DNA from: Antedon mediterranea
Taxonomy: Eukaryota > Animalia > Echinodermata
NCBI RefSeq assembly: GCF_964355755.1
Contig: NC_092670.1
Location: 12,200,795-12,264,794, forward strand
Direction of reading: 5' to 3'
DNA: 64,000 nt
Translations under genes and position numbers: made by a program
The notes under the pieces: generated by a model
Told to the model about the DNA's origin: nothing
What the model saw: the letters and a program-made list of their open reading frames with translations, nothing else
Databases searched by the model: none
In this document: in pieces, positions 1 through 12,910 of the stretch
Layout of the letters: each line of letters starts with the position of its first letter
Numbering within the stretch: position 1 is the stretch's first letter

Positions 1-91
1 TAAATTATTATTACTTTCGATATCGGCTTCGTGGAAGAACATCTGATTCTCGGTATACAATTTTAAATACTGTTTTGTTTAGTAACATAAA

Positions 92-326
92 GGTAACTCC
101 CGTTCTGAGGGAAATGATCTGTTAGGAGCTGATTTTACTAAGCCTCGTCATTATGTGGTAGGGTGGCCAGTTCCTATCCACGCTGCCTTATCCTCCTTAG
201 TATTTTCATTTTCAATATATTTTTGTTTTTTTACATTTACAGCTGAGTAAACTGGAAGTTGTCGGGAATTGAACCCGGATCCGATCTCTTTGTATGACAG
301 CCAAGCAGTCATGGTCCTAACCACTC
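92..326 (-). mobile_element. tRNA-derived SINE (degenerate copy)
   Basis: Minus strand reads GAGTGGTTAG (end of an A box) ... GGGTTCAATTCCC (B box, 264-276), followed by CCAGTTTACTCAGCTGTAAATG, a SINE-body-like motif. No complete cloverleaf. Confidence 0.6.
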
Positions 327-1410
327 TTTAGTAACATATATTAATAAAATATATAATAAATCTATGATCAAATATTCCTATTTAAAGCCTGTATGTTAAA
401 ATGGACCCTAATAAATTAACCTTCTTTTAAACGAGCACCATGTGTGATACACATGAGATGTTGTATTACGACATTTGCCTACGATACTGCACAATGTTGT
501 CATGTGGAGATAAAACACTAAGAATCGGATGGAAGAACATCAACATTTTTTTTGTAAAAACACGTTAGCTAGTTGGAATTTCAAGTGTTCTAATACTAAT
601 TATTTATACTGAGTTCTATTAATCAATCTCTCGCGTCAGGTTGGAGAAAATTCACTTAGAATGCATTGGTGTTGCATTACTTACACATTGTGAATATCAC
701 GTAAGTAAATATCACTGCATTTTTTTACTTGTAATATTTATGATAATTTAAAATTGAAATGTACAATATCTCTATATCGTATAAATCAAAAGAAAGAAAA
801 GCAACAGTAGCTCCGTGGATAACGGATAACAATTTCGATTTTTAAATACTAAATCGATCGATCGAAAATAAATAATATGGTGTGAATATTTATATGGTTG
901 TCAACGAAGGAAATAGTCTCCTGACGACAAGTACTAAACAACTTAATCGGCTAATTTCATTCGAACTTTATTTTTATTGTACAATATGACGTATTACCGA
1001 ATACAAATCTTACTATTTATGCCCGTTTATGTATTACGTCATTATTAATTACACACGCATAACGGATTGTGACTAGCGTCATCGCACTGCCACGAATACA
1101 AAACATTAATTGAAAAAAAAAACACTTATAAGTACACAAACTATCGCTCTAAAGTAAATTAATCAATCTTTAAATCAATTTTGAATAAAAGACGGTAGGA
1201 TATAGGAAATTAAAAAAAAATCAGCGGTCCGATTGTGGCAGCGGAATAGGAAAGTTGTGCACGGCAAATGTTTGAAAAAAGTTAAAGGTGCACAAAATAC
1301 TGTATCACTTTGACGTGCAGTAGAACTCAACGATACAAAAGTAACCAATCAGATTAAGGATGCACTTCTTTATATTCTTATATATAAATCCAAAGGCAAA
1401 TTACTCAAAA

Positions 1411-2010
1411 ATGACAATGCTGTGGGTGTATCAGTGGCTGGATCTCAATGGAGATACAAAATGACAATGCTGTGGGTGTATCAGTGGCTGGATCTCAATG
1501 GAGATACAAAATGACAATGCTGTGGGTGTATCAGTGGCTGGATCTCAATGGAGATACAAAATGACAATGCTGTGGGTGTATCAGTGGCTGGATCTCAATG
1601 GAGATACAAAATGACAATGCTGTGGGTGTATCAGTGGCTGGATCTCAATGGAGATACAAAATGACAATGCTGTGGGTGTATCAGTGGCTGGATCTCAATG
1701 GAGATACAAAATGACAATGCTGTGGGTGTATCAGTGGCTGGATCTCAATGGAGATACAAAATGACAATGCTGTGGGTGTATCAGTGGCTGGATCTCAATG
1801 GATGTACAAAATGACAATGCTGTGGGTGTATCAGTGGCTGGATCTCAATGGAGATACAAAATGACAATGCTGTGGGTGTATCAGTGGCTGGATCTCAATG
1901 GAGATACAAAATGACAATGCTGTGGGTGTATCAGTGGCTGGATCTCAATGGAGATACAAAATGACAATGCTGTGGGTGTATCAGTGGCTGGATCTCAATG
2001 GATGTACAAA
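1411..2010. repeat. Minisatellite, 12 x 50 bp, near perfect
   Basis: Unit ATGACAATGCTGTGGGTGTATCAGTGGCTGGATCTCAATGGAGATACAAA repeated head-to-tail 12 times. Units 8 and 12 end in GATGTACAAA. No spacers. Confidence 0.97.
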
Positions 2011-5000
2011 AACAAAGCAAAAAGCAAAATCAAACCAATAAGAAAAACAGTCAGAAAAGTTAGCAGAGCTTAAATTTAATCTTATAATTATATCATAAAT
2101 ATATATATACATACTTTTATTGGATATTAGTTAAACTATTTGCTCTTCAACTTTTGGAGATATATCTTGTCTTTCTACCAAAAAAAAGGTAAAATCAAGG
2201 TCGTAAAAACTATACTGTACTGTATATTTTTTTCAATATAAATACAAATCAAAAAGTGTGGGCGGCGAATTCCGATAAGCTATGTCATTGTATTGCTATG
2301 ACTGAACAGTATATTAGTTGTATTTTGGCAATAGAGTGGTCAATATTACGCCAAGGACAATGAATCAACTCCAGCTATTCACTTTCCCTGACCGAACAAA
2401 CACAATTGTGTTTGTATTTAGGACTAATACTTGGAGAACAATATTATGAACTACTGGATAGCGTATACGTAACACTATCAAATATTACACAATAACAATT
2501 CCACGAAAAACAAAAGTTGTGTTTACCTTTTAAATTAATAATAATAAACAATGTATTGAGATTACTGTATATAGTAAACGTTTTTTAATTCGTAATTTGG
2601 AAAAAAAAGTTACCTATTTTTTTAAAGACGTTCGAATTATGACCAATGTTAAGTTTGTATCTAAAATTAAGGTAATATTATTTGTTGTTTTATATTTCTG
2701 ACCATTTATTAAGGCATTAGATAAGGAGTCTGGGCGGTGTGAGTACGGTGGTTTTTCGGCCACCTTCGTGTCCCATGCCTAAGAATCGAACCATGCCGGA
2801 GCTAATTTCAAACTATCAATGTTTTAACCCTACTTGGAATATGAAAAAATCAACACGAGCTTAGCTTACAAAATAAGGAGTACCAACATTTCCGGGCCAG
2901 GTGTCGTTTATAACAAATAAGAAAGAATAAAGAAAATGAAATCATTTCTAAAGTGGGCCTTAATACAGTCAGACACGTATCTATGTTACATGCTAGTCGG
3001 TTAGACTCTTTCCAGTGACAGAATTGGATGGCGATATAGTCTATACGAACATCGTAAAATTATGCTAATTTGATCTTATTTTGTCTTTGTTACTGATTCC
3101 CGACTGCATAATATGACACCGCAGACATTATTTCATAGCGTTCCATACTCACAACAAAGTTAGAACTAATTTGTCAAGAAACGGCGTCCACTTAGCTTTG
3201 ATGCAACAGCATAAACGTATGTAGACTAGATCGATTGTTTTATTTGATACCTATCTTGGTTATTTGTATTTTTATAGTTTATCATAAATGAGTTTAATTT
3301 CCTGATTTGCTACCCACAAACCCAATGTCTTAGCCTAAAATTATATATGTTTTTCCCGGTACAAATTTATTGTATATATGGACATTTTTTAGATTTATTG
3401 AAGTAAAAAAGCAACATTATTTCCATGTAAATAAAAATTCAATGACTATAACAGACTTGTTTTATTTAAGAAGATAATAATATAAATTGTTCAGAATCTG
3501 ATAATCTGTATTTCATTATAGGCTACTAGAGGACTTTCTGAGATATTCTTTCAAAATGCAATTCAAAGTGGAACAAATTACCTATTGAAATTATCAAAAA
3601 TTAACACCTTTAAATGTACTTTAAATTACATTTTATAATAGACCATATGGATGTATATTTTATGTCTCACTCAAATTTACAACACTTACAGTCCATTCAT
3701 TTAACTATTTGAAGGTTTTTAAAATGTTATTATTGTAAATCAAATTTCATATTGTTATTGATGTTGCCTTTGTATTTGTGTATATATTTGTGTATTGCAT
3801 GGATAAGGATTCGGAATAAAGTAATCAATCACTCTTTTGCCAATATATAAGTCGGGGTTTTACCGCACGAAAGTCAATGATAGTTATCTTGCATTATACA
3901 AAATTGTTTCGAAGGCAATCTTAAAACAAGATTTTCTTGTATAATTCTTGATATAAGAAGATCTTTTTGGGATTAAAAAATGCTTATCTGTATCAATTTG
4001 AACCCATTTATTGTATTATACTATATTTATTATTATTTTCCTTTAGCTATATAATTTATAACTTTAATTACAGCTTCTTAGCTTCTCCAATTATTTTGCA
4101 ATTTTTTAAACTTGTTACCAGTCAATGATCGCTTTTAAACTCTATGACGCAGTTACGTATTTGGAAATGAAAACGACTATTTCATTGTTTAAAGTGAGCT
4201 ATAGGGTCGCGTTTGCACGCGACTAAAAATGTTATGAATTTCAATAACTTTTGCAAAATTAAATTATAGGCTGTTAAAGTTGGAACTGTAACAATAATAT
4301 GGCGCATTGTTTTGGTCGTTGGACTACTGAGGTTGTGAGTTGAATCCAAAGTTCGCCGCATTGATTTTATCATGGGGGGAAAACGTACTGCCGCATTGCG
4401 GATAATCACAATTCCGTATCGTAAAATTAAATATAAAAATAATTTACTTTTGCGGCCTTTTTATTTCACGATTACACGTATTATTATTAAGGTCAAGAGA
4501 TTAATAAAACAATTCGTCAAAATAGATATCTACAATAAATATTAGAATATCAACTTTACTTCTTCAATAATTATTCACGAAATAGTTTAAATTTATCTTC
4601 AATTGCATTTTTTTAGTATTTCTTAATTTCGTCTAATTTGTTTTCTGCTTTGTTTGAGTCCAATGGTATACTTATTTTCTATATCATTTAAGATTTTGTG
4701 ACCGACAATCAAATTGTTTTTCCATATAATAATTAATATTGTAATATTATTCTACAAAACCATCATGAATATGTTACAGTACAGTACAATAAAATAAATT
4801 CATTAAACATTATGGCATGTGACATATGCCTCACCGTAATTAATTACATACAGGTAATAGAACAATTATGCGTACGCACGTGAACCGTTAAAAAAAAAAA
4901 ACTATATCGCTCGAATTTTACTCGCAAACACATTTAGGTAGTATCCTTCGCATGCATTATATCGCAATACATTTTGCAATGCAGGTATTCTAGACATTAT

Positions 5001-5062
5001 GCCTAGTTAAATTTGCTTGTTCCGCATCACGACAATGCTTTGTTAAATGTATATTACGAACA

Positions 5063-5441
5063 ATGCATCAAAATGCTATGTTTAACATGCTTTGTTAAGT
5101 TTGTGTATTATGCGTCACAGCTATATGCGTCTATGTGCTTTAAACGTACCGTACTGCATCAAAATGCTATGTTTAACATACCTTGTGAAGTTTGTGTATT
5201 ATGCGTCATATGCATCTATTTGCTTTAAACGTACCGTACATATGCATCAAAATGCTATGTTTAACATACCTTGTAAAGTTTGTGTACTATGCGTCACAGC
5301 TATATGCGTCTATGTGCTTTAAACGTACCGTACATATGCATCTAAATGCTATGTTTAACATGCCTTGTGAAGTTTGTGCATTATGCGTCACAGCTATGCG
5401 TACTCTTTAACCGTACGTACTATATTCATCAAATGCTATGT
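5063..5441. repeat. Tandem repeat, ~4 x ~90 bp
   Basis: TGCATCAAAATGCTATGTTTAACAT...CTTTAAACGTACCGTAC recurs at ~5063, 5155, 5243, 5337, with a partial copy at 5425. Confidence 0.9.
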
Positions 5442-6786
5442 GTAAAGTTATCGTATGGCACCATAATGCTATGCGGTATACAATTAATAATATGCAAACG
5501 ATTACTGTCACAAATATAGCATTTGTTTGAGTAATGGATTTAACATTGAAATGTTAGTATAATTAAATTTTGCGATTTTAAAGAAAATTCTACCTTCTGG
5601 CGATAAGATATCAATCATATTATCATTGTTGCAGTAAAACTGTCATTGCTATAACAAAACTTTGAATATGATAGTTAAATAGAATAATATTTTTTTTTTT
5701 CAAGAAAGACTATTGATCGATAATGTACCATTTTAATATAATACAATAAATCCACTTCGAAACGGAAAGTTCATCAGATTAAATCTTTATTATTGATGAT
5801 TGACAACGAAAACCACCTGATTTTGGGATACATGGCAAATTCCGTAATACAGTGTAACATATAAATAACATGCATGTGGTACCTGTATTATGTTAAGATT
5901 ATGGTTAGATTAAGCTTATGATGGGGCCCTGAAGATCAAATGCTGAAACTACAGTACGACGTTTATGTTCGTCTTTGTATCGTATATTTAAATCCAGATC
6001 CATGCGGGGACCAAAGTTTTCGTGAGAAAGTAAAAGTAAAGATTGTTTTGCGTAATACGCCTACATAATTCAGTTTTTAATTCAAATATCTATATCTGTC
6101 ACATTATTCAATAACTCTTGTTCTACATTGTTCATTATTTCAATTTGTTGACGTCCCATCCATTTGTCTATTGAAAAAGATAATGAATTTACGAACAGGA
6201 ATGTTGGATGACAAAACTGCGTTATGGAGCACACTGAAGCGTGACGCTCACGCTATCGCCAAACTTTGTTTATACAAACTTGCACGCACAGACAATACGG
6301 AGCAATAATTTACAAAGTAGGTAAAAACCCAATACAGTACTTTGAATCTGAAAACACAGGTTGAAACAAAATAAAACACGTTCCCAGTTAAAGAATCGCG
6401 TAGTTGTACGGTAACGGTTTCTGTGTAGTCTCATAAAATAAATTTACAGTTCTTAGATTGCTAAAATTAAGTGTAACTGGTCGCGGTATTGTTGTCAGTG
6501 TAAATAACCTATTATTTGAATATGTATCAAGCAAAACATCTTTAAATAGTTATGATTGAAATATTCAGAAGAATAATAAATATATGAAAATACAAGTACC
6601 GTAGGCTAGCTACTCTCTCATGTGTACTATCTAACAATAAATAGTTAACATACATCTAAAGCGAAAGAAAGCGGCCAAGATAATTATTGTTATGAATAAC
6701 GTGACGTAACTAGAATAATACATTATTTTAAAACTTACTCGATCACCACTAAATAAGGTAATAAAAGGATTTTGTAGGCCTATTAT

Positions 6787-6922
6787 TAGTCTGGGTTCCT
6801 GACGATGTTTTGACTTAATATTAGTAAAAAGATATATATGTTGGCACATATGGCGTTTCATACGTATACAAAATCAGGACAAAAATTAAATATACATAAA
6901 ATACAGAATTGGGGCAAGTCTA
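6787..6922 (+). mobile_element. Non-autonomous DNA transposon with TAG..CTA ends and 9-bp TSD (AcademH- or hATm-like)
   Basis: Ends TAGTCTGGG...GGGGCAAGTCTA, flanked by GCCTATTAT on both sides. Homologous to 23197-23381 and to a fragment at ~8513-8642. Confidence 0.75.
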
Positions 6923-7833
6923 GCCTATTATGTATAAATTAAATGATAAAGGATAATAGCAATAATTGTTCCTCGTTTTTTCAACTACTAGATAGTGGTA
7001 ACGTTTTAAAATCAAGGCCGGGCCACGACGTATTCGGAAATCAAACTACTAAAATACCGCATGAAGTTTTGGACTTGATACTAAATAGCGCCACAAAAAA
7101 AACACAACTTTCGATCCGAGCCATTACATTGCGTTCTCACTGACAACTATATCATGAATGCGTCAGCCAATTCATATTTTCGTTATATCGACTACATTTA
7201 TCCGCTTGTCGTTATGTAACCTTTCTCGTCGTCCCCTTCTCATTAAAACAGGTGGCATATCATCTTTACACTGCATTTGAATGTCATTCACACCTACAGG
7301 TATTGCGTTACTTTATTTGCATTATCCGATATTCTGTTTGTATTATACGAAAACCTTCCATAATTATAATACCCTCTAAAGATTCAATGGTTTAACTTTT
7401 CTAGCGTGGTACGATTAGAAATAGACACATTCAATCATTGTGAGAAACATCGATTAGTATGCAAGGAAGAGAATTTGACAAGAATCTCTAACCTGTAATC
7501 ATTACATGTGTCAATTTTAACCTGGAAATGTGTTTCATTGAACATCTTCAAGAAAAGTATCATCTTGACAGGCTATGCGCATGCTCATATGGTATCCTGG
7601 TGGAAAATCTCAGTTGTTCAGTGCAAAAGAGGGCGCTCGCCGGAGCATCCTGAACCGATTTATGCTGATAATTTGTACAGTATATAGGCAAATTCCGGGT
7701 GATGCCTGCTCCATAACCTTAACATGACATAGGCGCCATGCGATACACTGTATTACAGAATTTAGATATAAATGCCATACTTATGTGGAGATACAATACA
7801 GAGAATCGGGTGATTATGAGCTACCTTCACTTA

Positions 7834-7978
7834 AGCGTGGTTCCCACTAGTGACGTAGACGCAACACAGGCGAGTTGACCAATCAAAAGCGAAGCTTGAA
7901 TAACCCATCGCTTGTGATTGGTCAAATCACTTGCGTTGCACTTACGTGCTTGCGTTGCGTCGTAGTGGAAACCAAGCG
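7834..7978. mobile_element. PIF/Harbinger-type palindromic MITE (family A relative, diverged)
   Basis: TIR AGCGTGGTTCCCACTAG ... TAGTGGAAACCAAGC, preceded by TTA. Confidence 0.75.
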
Positions 7979-10900
7979 TTTGTATTACCGTACGGTAAGC
8001 TTAACAGTTATAGAGAAAATAAACGATATCGCCGCATAGATACCAATCTGTATACGGTGCATTGACATCGGTCAACAACTTGTGATTATATGTTATGACG
8101 TCTACCCTTTGGCAAAAGTCTATATACATTTTGATAACACGAGTGACGAGGTATCTTAATTCATCAGATAGTGGTCATTCTGGCACTTAGTTTTCGCATT
8201 ATGGTCGAATATCGGTCGTTATCAAGTGACCCGGCAAAAGCTAATGAATTTAAGTACAACCAACATTTATCGATCGACGCTAATTGAATTTTTAGCGCGG
8301 GGAGCTGCAGGGTGATGTAGTCATTTTAAGTTTCTTTTCTCGGCAATTAACGTTGGTACTATGGGTTTGACGTAGTGACTATCTAGATAACATGGTTATC
8401 TAAATTGAATGATATTTAGGAGCATGTAAATGACTGCCAATAATTGCAATAAAGCAAGAAATCAGTAATTGAAAGTTCAAAAACATTTTTTTCTCTTCGT
8501 ACATTGAAGATTTTGGCACATATGGCGTTTTATACGTATACTACTTGAGCACGTATTTCCACGCTAACATAAAAAAGACAATAACTCCAGACTTTCAAAC
8601 AAAAATCGTAAAAAAAGACTACACACTTGGGGAGCAGTTCTAATTGAGGAATATACAGTACGGTAGTGAAAGGAGAATTTCAATCATACTTACACATCTA
8701 CTAATGCATCACACTCTGCGTTCTGTTTTATGACAATAAGGCCTAAACAAAATTTTTTTTAAGTACAGCATTAATTGAAATGCATTCTTTTTTTTTATTT
8801 TAGCCGAAGTTGAAATTAAAAATTTAGCTTGCAAGTTTACAATGAAAATGAAAGTTTAGGCAAATAGAAATTTAGGTATATGAAAATACATAGTCTATTG
8901 TAATTTAATAATAAAATGTACTTACATTTTTAGTCTAAAAATGATCATCAACGTGGCTTCTCCTTGTAAAAATTTGTTAAATTTACATGCATGAGTGATT
9001 TTTATATAATGCTATCTATTTTTCCAGATTATTTTACATTAACATGCTTTTGTTTTAATACTAAATTCCCGAATTAAAAAGAATTTGATGACAGATTTTC
9101 TTAAATTTTGGGTCGGGCGATATGGGCAACAACAAAACCTCTAAGTCTAAAGCATAAAAAACAACAACAGAAGAACAGACGTATGTATACACGTAGAATA
9201 CTATAGGAATATGATTCGACTACTAGACAATAATTTTGTGTGAAAAATATAGAATAATACATTTAAAAAAACAACAAAACACGACACTAGTTACAGAAGC
9301 AAAGAAAAAATCAAAAAGAAAACGAAAAGTAGTAAGACCAAAATATAAATGGAACAGTTGGGAAAAAAACTTTAAAAACTACAAAAGGAAAATTGTTATT
9401 TCTGTGTAAAATATTTTTAAATGATATATAAAACTAGAATTTATATATAATTATGACGATGCAGTTATTTAGGTATATCACCTTTGTGTTAACTTCTATA
9501 TTAAGTGTTTTATAGAAAAATAAGAAAATTAATGAAAAATAAAAGGTCTATAGGTAATATGATTTAATACGTTGCTGATGAAGTGGATCAAATTAACAAA
9601 AAATAATATGATTTTAGGGTGATGACATGAAAGATGATATTAATGTGAATAAAGTGGTGTTTACGCCACAAAAGTGAAGAAAAAAAACTTTGCACACGAA
9701 ACAATTCTGCACTAAACGGAACAAGTGGAAAAAGTAACGTATGTCTATCAGACGATCGAATCATGCCTTCTCCATGTTTAGTATTTCACATTAGTGACAA
9801 TTAACATATATCTGCTATACGTTATTTGTCGTAGTATTGTCACGAAGATTACCACTCGAAGCCCCATCGACACTCCGTAGGCCCCTTAATAATCTTTGAC
9901 AAGCGTGCGATGTTCGCTGATAATATTCGCTCTGAGAGCATCAACTGTGAATCGAAAATCTTATAAAGCGTAATTTAATTTCACTTAACTTGTCCTTAGT
10001 ACTTATTCCATCTTCACAGCCTACAGTAATTGAGCTAAGAGAAACATTTGAAACGGCTGCACACAACTTAATGTCGTATTAACTCACAAAACGATTAAGT
10101 AGATGTGACGTATATATGAACGATTACTAAAGACCATTATCGCATTGTTTTTCACTAACAAATTAATGTATAGACATGTCGGTATTAACTATATAAACGG
10201 TATTAAGATACGCGCATTCTGAACATGATTTTTTTTTACTATTCTTACTGTTAGCTTCCATTCGTGTCTTAATAAATAGCAAATACAAAAATAATCACAA
10301 ATCGTCACACAAACTAATTGACTACTCGTCAAATCTCCAAAGGAAATCTTCACATTCCTAAACCCTCTCTTGAAATGTTCAAACTCTCTTCAGCCAAAAA
10401 GACCCCTCATTTCTACACTGATCTTCCTCTATCTATATATCCGCAATTCAATATCCTTTTCCTCATTCAAAACTAGACTTTTCTCCAAACTATGTAATCA
10501 TTTTCCAGACTTTAAATTGTAAAATATTAGATCTAATATATATTTATCATTGTTGCTTAATTTAACATATCAGTTATTTACTATATTTCTAATGTTCTTA
10601 TTCAGATTTTTAATTAATTAATTAATGTAATTTATTTTATTTTATTTATAGGCTTTTGTTTTTCTGTTTTTTTTGTATGTTGTGTATTGTATCTGTTCTG
10701 AGGGTCCCACCATGATCAGCAATCGTTGGATGGATCACCCTCGTTAAATATGGTTCAAATAAAATTTTAAAAATAAATTAGAAAGAAAGACTACAACTAA
10801 AGAGAGAAAAGTGGACAGAGCCAGATCAGTAAAGTAATTAAAGAGGACCACCTTATATTTTGATGGTCACTGGGCAAAACATAATTCTAGAAGACGATTG

Positions 10901-11752
10901 AGAAAACGTATTTGATATCATGATACAACATTGTTGGACACAAATTGGACCCTTTATCTGTTAGCTTTGCACTTCTAAAATGCTATTTATAGTAGGCCTA
11001 AGTAAATCCATATTGCAGTCAACCATATTGACACCGAAGCTATAGGTGCATCTCCTTAAAACCAACGAGTCCTGTGGCCGTATTCACCAATCACACTTAA
11101 GTTATGTTTCCCTTAAATATTAAGTACAGTATTTTACTTACCTTAATAAATATTTAAGTATTTTCTTTAAATTGTATTCACTTAAATAAGAGATTTTCTT
11201 AATTTTAAGGGTAAGTGTTTCCTTAAGCCTAGTGTTAATGATGAATGATATTATGGATATTCGTAAACAATATCGGGCTTTGTACATGTACTAGATCTAA
11301 TGTTTTGTGTCGTAAATTTTCGAAGTGTTCTGATTCTGTTTAAATCTTGTTGTATGAATTTTTAGTGTTGTACTCAAATTTCACTAAGCGAATGTTGTTG
11401 AATATGAGTAAATTTTGTAGTGCTTCCTATGTTAAATTTGGTATCCCTAGTTTTGGTGAATTTTTGTGTTTATAGTTTTATGTTACGTATTAGTATGTCT
11501 AATAATTTGATTGTTAAAACTGTGTTTGATAAATTGCTTTTGAATTCAAAATTGTATGTCAGCTTGTCTGACATTTTATATTAGATTTTTACAATACTCA
11601 AATGTATTTTTATACCTTTTTTACGTTTTTGTTGCATTTTTGTTTGCGAAATAAAGTTTTGATTCCACGATTTTTCTCATGGCCACTGCCAAAACTTAAC
11701 GAATGATGATACCAGTTTAGAAAGCAACGTTTGTATTCTATCCTGAGATTAA

Positions 11753-11931
11753 AGCTTGGTTCCCACTAGCGACGCAACACAAGGACGTAACGCAACGCAA
11801 GTGAATTGACCAATGACAAGCGAAGTTATAGACAGTTAGCAATCACAAGCGAATAAGCCATCGCTTGTGATTGGTCAATTCACTTGCGTTGCGTTATGTC
11901 CTTGTGTTGCGTCGCTAGTGGGAACCACGCT
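11753..11931. mobile_element. PIF/Harbinger-type MITE family A (179 bp)
   Basis: ~60-bp TIR AGCTTGGTTCCCACTAGCGACGCAAC..., internal hairpin CAATCACAAGCGA/TCGCTTGTGATTG, flanks TAA and TTA. Confidence 0.88.
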
Positions 11932-12583
11932 TTACGAGTAATGCATTAACTGTTGTAACTATGATATATAGCCTATATGTTACTATCGACCGAGACTTCA
12001 GGTAAAACAATGGGCATGTCTACACGTTTCTTCAAACCTTTTATGTGGCCCGAAAAAAACATACATTAATGTTGTAAGAGCACCTGTAAAAACAGAACGT
12101 TCAATGTCATTAGGGCGTAGACACCAGATGATTTGATTGATTATATTTATTTTTAGTAAATTATTTATTTTTAATCACAAACTATTTTTAGTAACAAACT
12201 ACAATAACTGACACGATTCCTTTATCTGTTAGCTTTGCACTCAGACGGGTATTTATAGTAAGTAAATCTAGATTACAATCAGTCTTTTTACAATGTGCCG
12301 ATTCTAGTCTGCTGGAGTTCTAATTTGGATAACACTTTAATCTGGTTCTACAGAATATATCATGGGTAACCTATCTACTCTCCTCAATTTGAGGGTGTGC
12401 GACAGAGGTCATATGAATTACCGGTAACAGTTCATTCCAAGTTCAGAGTTTATGACATGCATTTACATTCCAAACGTACACCACCAAAAGTAGGCAACAT
12501 AATTTAAAATGATTAAAAAATAGAAACACTAAATTAATAGCATATGATGATCTGTCTACTGACATCCTTATACTAAACCCTGA

Positions 12584-12910
12584 GGCGTGGTTTCCACTTG
12601 GACGCACCGTGATTATGACGTAAACGCACCGCAAGCGTTTGACTAATTACGACGCGATGGATGATTTGAACTACCGTTTGTGATTGGCCAACTCACTTGC
12701 TTTGCGCTTACGTTGCCTCCACTAGAACGTAACGCATACGCAGCGACGTATCGACGCAAAGTGCTGTATTGCGTAATCACACGTGGGAACCAACGACGCA
12801 ACAGTGCTGCAAATATCGCAGGAGTGATTTCACGCAGGCGGGGCAAACACAATTATTGAAAGGGAATTTTTTTACGTTGCCTAGGTTGCGTCGCTAGTGA
12901 GAACCAAGTT
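12584..12910. mobile_element. Composite of degenerate Harbinger-type MITEs (A-like plus family B)
   Basis: GGCGTGGTTTCCACTTG start; family B body from ~12719 (CCACTAGAACGTAACGCA...TTTCACGCAGGCGGGGC); ends CTAGTGAGAACCAAGTT. Confidence 0.75.

Noticed and set aside
1411-2010. CRISPR array
   Set aside because: Units are contiguous with no unique spacers, there are no cas genes, and the context is eukaryotic.
5013-5410. Three Cys-rich ORFs
   Set aside because: They are products of the ~90-bp tandem repeat read in different frames.
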